Positions 31,091 through 40,759 of a DNA stretch of 64,000 nucleotides are shown here, piece after piece. The stretch's first letter is position 1; each line of letters starts with the position of its first letter. Origin of the DNA: a virus. The stretch spans positions 64,001-128,000 of the IMG/VR virus record IMGVR_UViG_3300005676_000020. The stretch is one strand, 5' to 3'. The notes below the pieces were generated by a model that was not told the DNA's origin, did no database searches, and saw nothing but the letters and a program-made list of their open reading frames with translations. A program made the translations under genes and the position numbers.

Positions 31091-31476
31091 TGGTTGATTA
31101 TCTTATTCACCTGTTCGCTGATGGGTGTGTAGTAGGGCATATATAGCTCATCATTGGTATCAATCATATTCTGCACCTTATCCCTGGCATGTAGTACAGT
31201 GGAGTGATCTCTGTTGATGCTGTTACCAATTTCTATACTTGTTTTGCCCGACAGGTTCATTGCAAACCAGCAATAGAGATGCCTGGCAATGATTATTGAA
31301 CTTTTTCTCGGCCCCCTGATAACATCTTCTTTGCTTACCTCACAATTCCTGCAAACAATGTGCATTAGCTGATCAAGGTTTATTTCTTTGAATTTGATGT
31401 TGATGGTTACTTTTATTTTCTTTCGCACCACAGCGGCTATATCATCAATGCACTCAGTAGTGCCACTGCATACGGG
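31087..31476 (-). pseudogene. DnaA C-terminal-type HTH protein, 5'-truncated
   Basis: R...IIARHLYCW...IGNSINRDHSTVLHA. The open frame extends without a native ATG to the junction with the TPR fragment. Confidence 0.7.
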
Positions 31477-31825
31477 TTACACTGTCCTTCAATGCAATCA
31501 TTCTGTCAGCCATGGCAATAGCTTCTTCCGGCTTACCGGCCTTTTTTAGCAGCCGGTAAGCCAGCTTGCTATATATATATTGGTTGGCAAAACTGCTGTC
31601 TCTTTTAGAAAGTTCAATACTTTCCTTGATATAGTTAAGTGCTTCATCAAACCGGTTTTCCTTTTCATAAAGGAGGGCAATTTCCTCATTTATGCTACTT
31701 CCGTTGGTGACCAGGTTTTGTGCCAGCAGAGTTTTTTTAACCGACAAGAGGAAAGCCACTTTCTGTTCCAACGTTTTATCGCCCCAATCCATTTTTAGAA
31801 AACTATGGAGCCAAATAAGGTACAA
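31454..31825 (-). pseudogene. Internal fragment of a bacterial TPR sensor (kinase/AraC-type) gene
   Basis: IALLYEKENRFDEALNYIKESIEL...KPEEAI...ALKDSV is typical of Bacteroidota TPR sensors; both ends are missing. Confidence 0.6.
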
Positions 31826-31935
31826 GATAACCGGCTTATTGGCCTGAACAAATCGCAGATACTAATTTCAAATAATCAATGTGGTGCTTTTGCAGGTATC
31901 TTCCTTCGTAGTTGTTTTCTCTGAGTTTCATATTG

Positions 31936-32634
31936 CTATGCATTTATTGATAAATAACCTGTAGTTGATAATACTTTAAACTCTACCACCCATACCCATG
32001 GGTTAGCCTCCCAGCTTTCAAGGCCATGAATAAGGTGCCACAATGTTTCAAACGAATGCACTGCATCGCTGGAATACATAGCTGGGTCATTCGGGCTATA
32101 TAAGTCGCAATAAACTTTGTAATGTGTTGGCTTACTCCTCATGCGTTCCTCTGTCCATCTTTCTACACCTTCAGCCTTTGCATCTTCTTCGCTTATATCC
32201 TGCAGCCGTTCTGCCCGTACATTGGTTACTTCAAGCCAGATGCGGGCCGCTGCCTTTGGCATGTGGATTGGAGGTACTTTACAGTTTCCGGATCTGTAAC
32301 AATAATCGGGCGGGCTATCCCATGAAGAGTTGTCGGCTATGTATGTAACTCCGTTTTCAAAATCTTGATCCATTGTCTCCCTCACCCAAAGCAGATCACC
32401 GGGATCACCAAATGGACATTCTTTGGCAATAGATTCTCCTTCATCTGTATCCCACTTATACGGCTTCCATGATTCTTTATAAATGATTTCCCAATTAAGT
32501 GGCGGATTTTTCATGTATGAAACTCCATTTTCGTCAGGTTGCGGCTTAATAACTCTCCTTGTCTGTGTCTTTCTCCCGGCAAGTATGGCCTGCACCATAG
32601 GAGTGCTGAATAGTATGGGTATTTGTTTTCTCAT
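31936..32634 (-). CDS. ASCH/PUA-like prophage protein
   Basis: PILFSTPMVQAILAGRKTQTRR...GDLLWVRET...IHMPKAAARIWLEVT...NPWVWVVEF. Confidence 0.8.
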   Translation of the reverse strand: MRKQIPILFSTPMVQAILAGRKTQTRRVIKPQPDENGVSYMKNPPLNWEIIYKESWKPYKWDTDEGESIAKECPFGDPGDLLWVRETMDQDFENGVTYIADNSSWDSPPDYCYRSGNCKVPPIHMPKAAARIWLEVTNVRAERLQDISEEDAKAEGVERWTEERMRSKPTHYKVYCDLYSPNDPAMYSSDAVHSFETLWHLIHGLESWEANPWVWVVEFKVLSTTGYLSINA

Positions 32635-32908
32635 TTACTTTTACGTTTTATAGCGGCATTGAGTAAGTCAATTACTGATTTTCTGTTTTGGCCGCATTGT
32701 TCATACATTATTTCCTGCTGCAGTTCCTTTACTGTCATTTTAGGCTCTGCCAGGCGCAGGTGAGCTTTTATATCATCAATGCTTCCTTTATTTACCAGTT
32801 TTGCCATGATTGCTTTTTTAAAAATTAGCCCCGGTTACCTGTTGTTTTTGAACCAAAACCAAAACCCATTTTTATTTGATTAATAATGCAGGGCCGGGGC
32901 TAAAGAGA

Positions 32909-33253
32909 TTATGAAATACAACACTTTTTAAACTTCTTTCCGCTGCCGCAGGGGCAAGGCTCATTTCTGCCTGGTTCTTTTTCTACTCGTATTGGATGTA
33001 CAGGTCGATGGCCTTTTTTGAGTATATATGCACATTCACTTCTCAGTTTTTCTATACGGCCATCCTGTATAGATTTCTCCAGGTTATCCAGGGTAGTGCT
33101 GGCAATATATTTTACGTTGCCATTTTTATCATCAGCAATAATGGTTACTTCTTTTTTGCCTTTGTAGTTGCCATACCATTCTTTCAGGCTGGCAATATTG
33201 CTGAGCAGCTCTTGATTTGTAACTCCGATTACTTTGATAGTTGGTGTTTGCAT
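32909..33253 (-). CDS. SEC-C motif protein
   Basis: C-terminal [19 protein letters not shown]. Confidence 0.8.
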   Translation of the reverse strand: MQTPTIKVIGVTNQELLSNIASLKEWYGNYKGKKEVTIIADDKNGNVKYIASTTLDNLEKSIQDGRIEKLRSECAYILKKGHRPVHPIRVEKEPGRNEPCPCGSGKKFKKCCIS

Positions 33254-33299
33254 GTTTACCTGCTTTTATGTTTATTCGGCATTACCACCATGTCTCAGG

Positions 33300-33594
33300 T
33301 TCCGAAGTCATTTAAGGGGTATATCTAGCCCAGATGTACCACTGTATCCGGATACAATGGATAATCTATGAGCTACAGCTGCATCAGGAGTTGATTGACT
33401 GTGGCTTACACAGCTATCAATAAGGTCTGCCTATACGACTTAGGTGTGCTGTTACGCCAAAGTAGTACTATCTTCAGGTAGCATAGTACACGAGCTGCTG
33501 AAGTCAGCTTTTCCGGGTGTTTCCCTACGCCTAAGCGAAAAGGTTACACTCTTTAGATGATGGCTGCTTCCAAGCCTACATTCCGGTCATATAG
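33300..33594 (-). ncRNA. Structured ncRNA containing a 23S rRNA L11-binding domain (H43-H44) mimic
   Basis: GGAATGTAGGCTTGGAAGCAGCCATCATCTAAAGAGT [90 nt] GCGTAACAGCACACC, closed by the helix CTATATGAC/GTCGTATAG. Further hairpins follow downstream and the region has no ORF. Confidence 0.75.
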
Positions 33595-33735
33595 AATAGC
33601 CATATAGATCGCGGAAAAATTTGTTTAATCGGCAAATATTTATTGACTATCGATAAATCAGCTGTGTTGTACACATCAACTGAAATCCACACAACTGCAA
33701 CAAAATCAACAAGTTATGCTGTTTATCCAGTCACA

Positions 33736-34313
33736 TTAGTTGTCTCCGTGCTGATTTCGTATATCTTTAGTCATGGCCTCAACCATAGCCTCTACTGTAA
33801 ACTTGCCTATATAGTCCATAATAGGCTTTAATGCCTGCATTTTGTCCTTTTCCTCAGACTTAGCGGCTATAGTACAGGCTGCAGCAGCACCGCCCATGAA
33901 TAAAGTCTTGGCACTCATATCGTTAGGGTCATGTCCAGTTCTATTGCACATGTCCTGCCATTTTTCTTCTATTGTCATAAGTCTCGTTTTTACTGTTGGG
34001 TTTATACACAAGTTATTAACATTTTACATAAAGAGGCCCGAGTAGAAACCCAGGCCGTTTTTTGTCTGACTGTATCTATTATGAGAAATCGTTAATTGGC
34101 GACGAACTCTTCAAGCTCGTTCATCATCTCATCTACCGTCTGTTTAGCCTGTTCATGGGTCATGTCAGGCATTTGGTAGAAAAATATCTTGATTACCTGC
34201 ACAGCTCCGAGGTAGAATGACGCTCGGCTGGCGGCTATTACAGGGTGTTTGCTGTCAGGGTCTTGGTTGTTTTCGTGGCAAAGCTCTTCCCATGCTTTTC
34301 GTATATGGTTCAT
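33736..34313 (-). CDS. Pair of paralogous small early proteins (33736-33978/34011, 34092-34313)
   Basis: Shared W..(M/L)C....DP......F..GA pattern. Confidence 0.55.
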
Positions 34314-34425
34314 ACCAATAATTTGAGGAGTTAAGTCTGGATGTATGACGCAGTAGGCCGTAATGTCTTTGATAAGGACAGGCTAAAAGGATTGGGCAGG
34401 ATTGCTCCCGCCCAATCGGCTATTT

Positions 34426-34908
34426 CTACGCACCGGCATTCTGCAACGGTGTTTCGGCCTTGGCCTCTGTAGTGGCTGGTTCTTCAGCCTCAACGGTGGC
34501 TGCCGGCACGGCAGTACCCTTGGTACCGTAGAACGCTGCAACGGCTGCGGCAGAGTTCTTCACGCCGAACTGTTCGGCAAGTTTCACCTTGTCGAAGAAT
34601 TCACCTGCTGCCTCTACACCTGTGTCTACAAGGTTGATGTAGAAGTTACCGGTGCCTTCACCTTCCGGTGTACGGCTTTCATTCAGGCGGATTGCCACGT
34701 TGCGTGCAACGCCCAGCTGTCCGATACGGTTACGTGAATACAGGATTTTTGTACCTTCTTCACGGCCGTCGTAGACGCCGCCAACCTGCTCCAGCAATTC
34801 AGCGACTGCTGGGTCTTCTGCGTTTACAATTTGGAACGCGTAGCTGCCATTCTTGTTAGGCACGCTGCTCAAACGCTTGAGTTTGAGGTGTTTTACTTGT
34901 GTTTCCAT
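34426..34908 (-). CDS. Early hypothetical protein with an Ala/Thr/Glu-rich tail
   Basis: 160 aa with its own promoter motif and a hairpin terminator at ~34386-34417. Confidence 0.65.
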   Translation of the reverse strand: METQVKHLKLKRLSSVPNKNGSYAFQIVNAEDPAVAELLEQVGGVYDGREEGTKILYSRNRIGQLGVARNVAIRLNESRTPEGEGTGNFYINLVDTGVEAAGEFFDKVKLAEQFGVKNSAAAVAAFYGTKGTAVPAATVEAEEPATTEAKAETPLQNAGA

Positions 34909-35016
34909 GTTTGTGTTTTTGGAGTTTTAATTGTTATATAAAGCTAATGTGAAAACCCCGTTGTTGATAGGGACATATGGGCAAAACAGGCTTGTAAGTG
35001 CCTGTAATGCAAGTTG

Positions 35017-35280
35017 TTATGGGACAGCTATTGGCTCTTTAATGGTTTTAACCCGGAATCCATATGCTGACTCCTCAATACAGTTGATTATATCACGAGA
35101 GCTAAAGTTACGATACCAGCCAAATGGCCTTTTTCCTGTGATAGGATTATGGTTCATAACAATGACTACGCAGTTTTCTCTCAATGTCTTATCCCTTCCA
35201 GCTGTTAATCTTGAAGGGAATTTAGTAAATGGTGATGCTAATATCTCCAATACTCTTTCAGTAAATGTGGAATTTTTCAT
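35017..35280 (-). CDS. Early hypothetical protein
   Basis: Probable start MKNSTF. Confidence 0.5.
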   Translation of the reverse strand: MKNSTFTERVLEILASPFTKFPSRLTAGRDKTLRENCVVIVMNHNPITGKRPFGWYRNFSSRDIINCIEESAYGFRVKTIKEPIAVP

Positions 35281-35468
35281 AACGATGAATGACAGGTTTA
35301 GGTTAAATAGCACACAAGGTTGTCAGTCTTGTGTGCTATGACAGTCAGTCGCTTGCCCTTACTGGAGCGCTTGGAGCTAAGACTGTCGAACTGAGTATGG
35401 AGTTGTTGATAGGGAAATACAGGTGATGTAAACATCCAGCCTACCGTAGTAGACTGGATGTCAATGTC

Positions 35469-35879
35469 TTATGCGTCGGCTTTTACACCATGTTGTAGCC
35501 CTACAAGCGACAGCAGCCTGTCAAGTGAGCCTTCGAGCTCATTCTTACGCTGGTGGAACTCAACCCTCTCCCTTATATCGGCCAACAGGTCAAGGAAATG
35601 GTGCACTGACATGAGAGATGACCGCCCATTAATAATGGTTTCATTGAGCTGTTCGATGTGGCAGTCTACGATGACCGTATTGTCTCTGGCGTCTTTTATG
35701 ACAACCCAGTTACGATTAGGGTCTACCATAACACCAACCTCAATGTTGTAGTTGTCGTCCTTGCCACGCCGGCCATTTACATACCGTGTGAACTTGTCCA
35801 TTTGACGGGTTTTCGACCATGGTGTGAACATCAAGGCTACTAACCATAGTAACCTCAACTTAAGCATGAATGTTTTCAT
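35469..35879 (-). CDS. First early hypothetical protein
   Basis: 136 aa, 51 nt after a promoter motif. Confidence 0.6.
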   Translation of the reverse strand: MKTFMLKLRLLWLVALMFTPWSKTRQMDKFTRYVNGRRGKDDNYNIEVGVMVDPNRNWVVIKDARDNTVIVDCHIEQLNETIINGRSSLMSVHHFLDLLADIRERVEFHQRKNELEGSLDRLLSLVGLQHGVKADA

Positions 35880-35974
35880 GTTGCATTTGGTTTAGATATG
35901 AAACAATATATTGTCGAAATTATTTGACCTGTTATTGATAAGGACATACAACTGAAATCAACCTCTAGCAAAGA

Positions 35975-36103
35975 GGGGGTACCCCGCTTGGTAAGATTAA
36001 TGGGGGGTTGTTGGATGGGGGACCCACCTCCTCGCAATATACGGGTAAGATTTTCAGTAGGGCATATATACCGTCCGGAACCCCTAATATTCTGGCCGGA
36101 CGG
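35975..36103. other. Putative genome terminus / packaging region at the strand switch
   Basis: GGGGTACCCC palindrome, several G5-6 runs, a CCGTCCGG/CCGGACGG inverted repeat, and the divergence point of the two arms. Confidence 0.45.
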
Positions 36104-36148
36104 ACACTTTTATTTGGTTCTTTGATCTCCGGTTCTTACCTTTACATT

Positions 36149-37100
36149 ATGAAGTCATATACTCAGCTCCTGGAGCAAATACGTCAGTTATTCCCTTATG
36201 CGACGGATGTTCGTATTGAGGTTGACACTACTACGGCCGACATGGACAATCTGCCGCTGGACACTGGTACTAGTTTTGTCAAGGTAACCACCCCAGTTCA
36301 GGATAAGGTTACTATAACCACCCCTTATGGGTCTATAAACATCAGGAACAATGGACGCAGCGCAATATTTCATAGCATTTGACGACCTTAGCCCTGGGCT
36401 GGAGGTCCTGATCTGGATGTTTGCCGTCTTGGCGACCATCACAATAATCTTTTTATATGTATACTACAAAGCAAGAAAATGACTATTTTGTGCCGGCCCT
36501 AGAAGATATCCGGGTAGGCTATGAGTGTGAAATGACCTTACCGACAAAAGATTGGTGGACTCATGATACTTGGACAAAGTGTGTCCTGGAAGATAAAGCT
36601 TGTATATGGAATTCGGAAATATCTGAATTAGATGGGGCAATAGATAAAATACCCCTTAACCAGATACGAGTCCCTTATCTAACTAAGGAACAAATAGAGA
36701 AAGAAGATTGGACTGTAGAAACTGACGAGGGTAACGGTGTCATAGATTTCAAAAAAGACCAGTATAAATACTTGTCGTGGAACTATGTTTTGAAAACTAT
36801 TGAAATAAATAACGGAGTTACCACCACTAGGTTTGGTAATCACCTCTTTAGAGGGGAGTGTAAAGATATAAACACATTTAGATACATATGCAAACTACTA
36901 CGACTATAATCTGCCCAAAGACCTGTAAACCATGCCAGGAAAGTGGTTGTACAGGAAATAACTGCAGGCTGGAAAAACCTTCATTTCCTAACTATGGTTG
37001 GATTTGTCCGATATGCGGGAGAGGACTGTCTCCTTATGCGACATCCTGTGGCTGTAAAGACCCGCAGTGGACGGTAACCTGCACCAACAAAATAACATGA
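36149..37100 (+). CDS. Short hypothetical proteins (36149-36382, 36457-36909, and Cys-rich 36888-37100 with WICPICG)
   Basis: Coupled + strand ORFs; a promoter-like TTTG-20 nt-TACCTTTA precedes 36149. Confidence 0.5.
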
Positions 37101-37549
37101 TGAACACTGACCTGATGTTTAGCAGCAAAACTGAGATGTGGGCTACACCTCAGCGGTTTTTCGACGAACTACAGTTAAAGTATAACTTCTCCCTAGACGT
37201 ATGCGCCGTAGCAGAAAATGCAAAGTGCAAAAAGTTTTTTACCCCGGAACAGGACGGACTTAAACAAACCTGGGAAGGTAGCTGTTGGATGAACCCTCCT
37301 TATGGAAGGGAAATCGGCCGCTGGGTAAAAAAGGCATATCAACAGGCAGTAGAAGAAGGTAATTGCACCGTAGTGGCATTGTTGCCGGCCAGGACCGATA
37401 CCCGGTGGTTTCATGACTACATCTACAATAAAGAACATGTTGAAATACAGTTTATTAAAGGTCGCTTAAAATTTGGAGACGGACTCAACTCGGCGCCGTT
37501 CCCGTCAATGCTCGTCCTGTTTAAAATAAATTTGGAAACGCTGGCGTAA
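37097..37549 (+). CDS. dam: Phage N6-adenine DNA methyltransferase (Dam-type)
   Basis: WATPQ, LDVCA, WMNPPYG, LLPARTDTRWF, GRLKF and APFPS. Confidence 0.9.
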   Translation: MMNTDLMFSSKTEMWATPQRFFDELQLKYNFSLDVCAVAENAKCKKFFTPEQDGLKQTWEGSCWMNPPYGREIGRWVKKAYQQAVEEGNCTVVALLPARTDTRWFHDYIYNKEHVEIQFIKGRLKFGDGLNSAPFPSMLVLFKINLETLA

Positions 37550-37567
37550 GGTCGTATCTTCGCCTCG

Positions 37568-38299
37568 ATGAAAAAGTACATAACCATTGAAAGGGTCTTG
37601 CTGCTGTTGCTGCTGGGCCTTTTTATATTCAGAGAAGTCAAACATGACAAACAGTACAAAGAGCTGTCGCTAAGAAATGCACAGCTTGACACACTGACCA
37701 ATAAGCTAGGTCAGCAGGTGATCGTGTCACAGACAGAACTGACACAGTCTCAAGAGGCTTTGAGAGCCGCTACAGACTCTTTCTTTAACCTGCGCCGGCA
37801 GGATGAGAAGAGGATAAAAGATATTATAGCCTTCTACAAAGGCACTACTAACACGGTAATACGTGAAGTACTGGTGCCGTACGTGGACAAAGAACAGATG
37901 AAAGAATGGGAGGATTCTGTCCGCCAGAACTGCTCAAAGGTCATCGACTACTATGAGGCTAATACGGTTACCGTCCCCCGTTCTGCCAAAGACAGTTCCG
38001 AACATTACGATGCTTCATTCACAGTAACCATGAACGGAGTAAAGATAGACTCACTATCAGTTCCGGACTCTCAGTACCTTAGGTTCGTTACCCTAAAAGG
38101 AGGGTTCCTGAAAAAAGATCAACAAGGTAAAAGACGGCTCTTCCTTAAAAAGAGCCTACAGGTACAGGTTATACATACCAATCCGCTGGTCCAGGTCACA
38201 GGTCAGACATCAGCGGTCTATGAACCACCTAAAAAGGGAAACTTCCTGTTCAAGGCCGGTCTGATCGCGCTCGGGATGTTTCTGGGAACAAAGCTATGA
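37568..38299 (+). CDS. Membrane-anchored coiled-coil protein (spanin-like)
   Basis: N-terminal TM, coiled coil and a C-terminal hydrophobic segment; near the lysis genes. Confidence 0.4.
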   Translation: MKKYITIERVLLLLLLGLFIFREVKHDKQYKELSLRNAQLDTLTNKLGQQVIVSQTELTQSQEALRAATDSFFNLRRQDEKRIKDIIAFYKGTTNTVIREVLVPYVDKEQMKEWEDSVRQNCSKVIDYYEANTVTVPRSAKDSSEHYDASFTVTMNGVKIDSLSVPDSQYLRFVTLKGGFLKKDQQGKRRLFLKKSLQVQVIHTNPLVQVTGQTSAVYEPPKKGNFLFKAGLIALGMFLGTKL

Positions 38300-39161
38300 C
38301 AGCCATACCCGGTGATATTGTCGTAGACAATGGCATCCATTTTTTCGTATATTTCGAAGAAAATGATACCTTATATTGTAAGCCGATGTCAAATCATGAC
38401 CTTTTCGGCTACTTTGACGGAGAATATTTTTTGATAACCCATAAAAACTATAGCATTGTCACCCCAGTCTTTTGATGAAACCCAGGACCATCTTATCTTT
38501 CCCGATAAATGGTATTATATTAACGGCAGTTTTATGCCAGGAACCGAATACATTAACTTATTAAAACTCAATGAACTATACACTGAAAGGGCACAAGTCA
38601 TCCTTTGGGGACGAACAGGACGCCCTGATATACCCGGACAGGGAATACGTGACCGATTTATTGATAAACAATAAATTTATGGTGATGACCGGTGAAGAAG
38701 TACTCAACCACCGGTACCCTATAGAATCATATTCATTTTTAATCGTAAATTTAGCAGAAGATGAAAACAGAAGACTTACTTAAATTTTCAGAACCGGTTG
38801 ACTACACAGAACCGAAGAAGGGACTTTGGCAAACCCTTAACGAACCTAACAGGGTCATGTATACTATTGGCTCATTTAACCTAAAAATGTTTGAAGATGC
38901 TGTCTCTGAGCTCTATTTTGGAAAAACTACAAGCTGGACGTGTGTATCATATCCGGATGGCGGACCAGTCGATGAGTCTGAGCAAAGCTCACCTGGTCAA
39001 GGAGATACACAGGTTATCGGAAACGATGAGCCCCGACCAGATACTGAGGATGATCGTGTACTATGACGACGACCTCAACTTAATAAATTTGGCCGATTCA
39101 TGAAAATTGGCTAAATTCTGTTATAAAACTTAGCAGGTTGTAAGTAATCTGCACAAATACT

Positions 39162-39776
39162 ATGGCAACAAAATTCTATGCCCGGGAAGGTGTCGTTTTC
39201 AAAGGTAAAAGCGACAATCCCCCAAAAAGCGGCTTCGACCTCGAAAGACTGCTTAAGTTCCAACTCTCCGTTCTTAACGTTCCTTTTAACGACGACTGCT
39301 GCACAGATTCTACACATCTGCCGTTAGCCTTCAATTCTGAAACTAGTGAACTGGTATCTTACGATCCTGCTACAGACACATGGGTTATCGCCGATATAAT
39401 AGATTCTATCAGAACGATCGTCAAAGACCAGATTGAAGAGGATGGACTTCAAGGTAACGGCAATATGATCGCTACCTTTATTCCGCCAGCTGAGCAGGAT
39501 GACATAGCAGCTGGTGTCGGTGGAGCAATCTCCGTGGCAAACTACCTCACCACTATCAACACTGATGCTGGTGGAGATGCGTTTACTCTGGCCGATGGCG
39601 ATCAAATCGGACAGCTTAAAAAAATCCTGTTAGTGGTTGACGGTGGCGGAAACGCGGTAATTACCGTAGATAACGGACCGACAATCACCATGGGCGATGC
39701 CGGTGACTATGTAGTCCTCATATGGGATGGCGTCGACTGGATTGTAATCGAAAATTCAGGTTGTAGCTTATCGTAA
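39162..39776 (+). CDS. Putative virion decoration/fibre protein
   Basis: Acidic, Gly-rich beta C-terminal domain (TLADG..GQLKKI...LIWDGVDW). Confidence 0.4.
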   Translation: MATKFYAREGVVFKGKSDNPPKSGFDLERLLKFQLSVLNVPFNDDCCTDSTHLPLAFNSETSELVSYDPATDTWVIADIIDSIRTIVKDQIEEDGLQGNGNMIATFIPPAEQDDIAAGVGGAISVANYLTTINTDAGGDAFTLADGDQIGQLKKILLVVDGGGNAVITVDNGPTITMGDAGDYVVLIWDGVDWIVIENSGCSLS

Positions 39777-40007
39777 TGATTAAACAGTCGCTACTTGAAC
39801 TAGCTACGCCGCTAGATGCTTTTGTGAGGAATATTGGACCGTGTACGGTCCTGTTCCTTATTCTGGCAACACCTTCTCCCAAGTTTATCGTCCGGGTATC
39901 CTGTAAAGGAGATCTCCGGACGGTAGATATGGAGGATATCAAAGTTTATGGCGACCCCGCAACCGGTGAAGCCTTAATACCAGAAATTCCGAAAGATTGG
40001 ATAAAGA

Positions 40008-40439
40008 ATGACCGAGATTGAACAGATACGAGAACTCAGCCGATTTTATCAGGTTCCTGTCCGTTTTGTTAAGGAAAAGGAACGGGCTGGTTATTTTGAC
40101 CTAAGAGGTATGGTAATTTACATTGCCAAAGACTATCACGATCCTGTATCTGTATTTTTTCATGAACTTGGTCATTTGTATTGTGTGATTAACGGCCTGT
40201 GGGGGTTCTATCACAGACCTCTGCGCCGTAGTAAGAATGGAGTCCTTTTCTGCACTAAATCTCATGCCAGGGCTGTTTTGAGAACCGGCTACAGAGCTGA
40301 GAAATGGGTTGATAAATGGGCTAAGGAAGAAATGAGTATGTGGTTTCCTGACAAACGTTATCCAAACTCCTACAGTCATCCGGCTGCCAGGGTTTGGCTT
40401 TACAAAAATCATCTTATCACCTACAGTAATTATTTATGA
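40008..40439 (+). CDS. Zn metallopeptidase-like (ImmA/IrrE-type) protein
   Basis: FFHELGH with a downstream E...D..A. Confidence 0.6.
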   Translation: MTEIEQIRELSRFYQVPVRFVKEKERAGYFDLRGMVIYIAKDYHDPVSVFFHELGHLYCVINGLWGFYHRPLRRSKNGVLFCTKSHARAVLRTGYRAEKWVDKWAKEEMSMWFPDKRYPNSYSHPAARVWLYKNHLITYSNYL

Positions 40440-40759
40440 AAATCGAAAATGTTCTTCCTTATGCAATTGCCGCAATTTTGCCAGTTATCACCTGGTTTAT
40501 GGGCCGAAAAAAGGAACGTGCCAATCTTGAGAGTCAGGAGTTAATGAACTTCGAAAAGGCCGTAAGTATCTGGAAAACTCTGGCCAGTGACATGGAGCAA
40601 GAAATGTTAAAGTGGAAAAGGATCAGCGAGCAACTCAAGGAGGAGCTCGAAAAGTTAAAGGGTGAGGTAGAGACCCTTCGCGAAGAGAACACTAAGATGA
40701 TCCACGAACTAGAACGACTTACAAAACTTTTAAATAAACGAGCAAAAAATGCTGACTGA
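40436..40759 (+). CDS. Holin-like TM plus coiled-coil protein
   Basis: N-terminal TM and a long coiled coil, overlapping the endolysin start. Confidence 0.5.
   Translation: MKIENVLPYAIAAILPVITWFMGRKKERANLESQELMNFEKAVSIWKTLASDMEQEMLKWKRISEQLKEELEKLKGEVETLREENTKMIHELERLTKLLNKRAKNAD

Larger units (their letters stand above)
34365..35948 (-). promoter_or_regulatory. Four copies of a phage early promoter-like motif, minus-strand consensus TATKTCCYTATCAAYAAC (34365, 34960, 35402, 35931)
   Basis: All copies are intergenic and co-oriented, upstream of the first minus-strand genes; three lie exactly 51 nt before an ATG. Confidence 0.7.

Noticed and set aside
31438-32782. 14-nt direct repeat TATATCATCAATGC (31438, 32769)
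   Set aside because: Both copies are inside coding frames (IDDI) and not at breakpoints; plausibly chance.
27811-33296. CRISPR-like or repeat-spacer array explaining the captured fragments
   Set aside because: No regularly spaced repeat bounds the fragments; the only repeat is a 16-nt paralog junction present twice.
33431-33594. Genuine 23S rRNA gene or host contamination
   Set aside because: Only ~52 nt are rRNA-like, split by a 90-nt insert, with non-rRNA flanks that pair with each other.
33704-33716. IHF consensus site AATCAACAAGTTA
   Set aside because: A single short degenerate match in AT-rich DNA is insufficient evidence.
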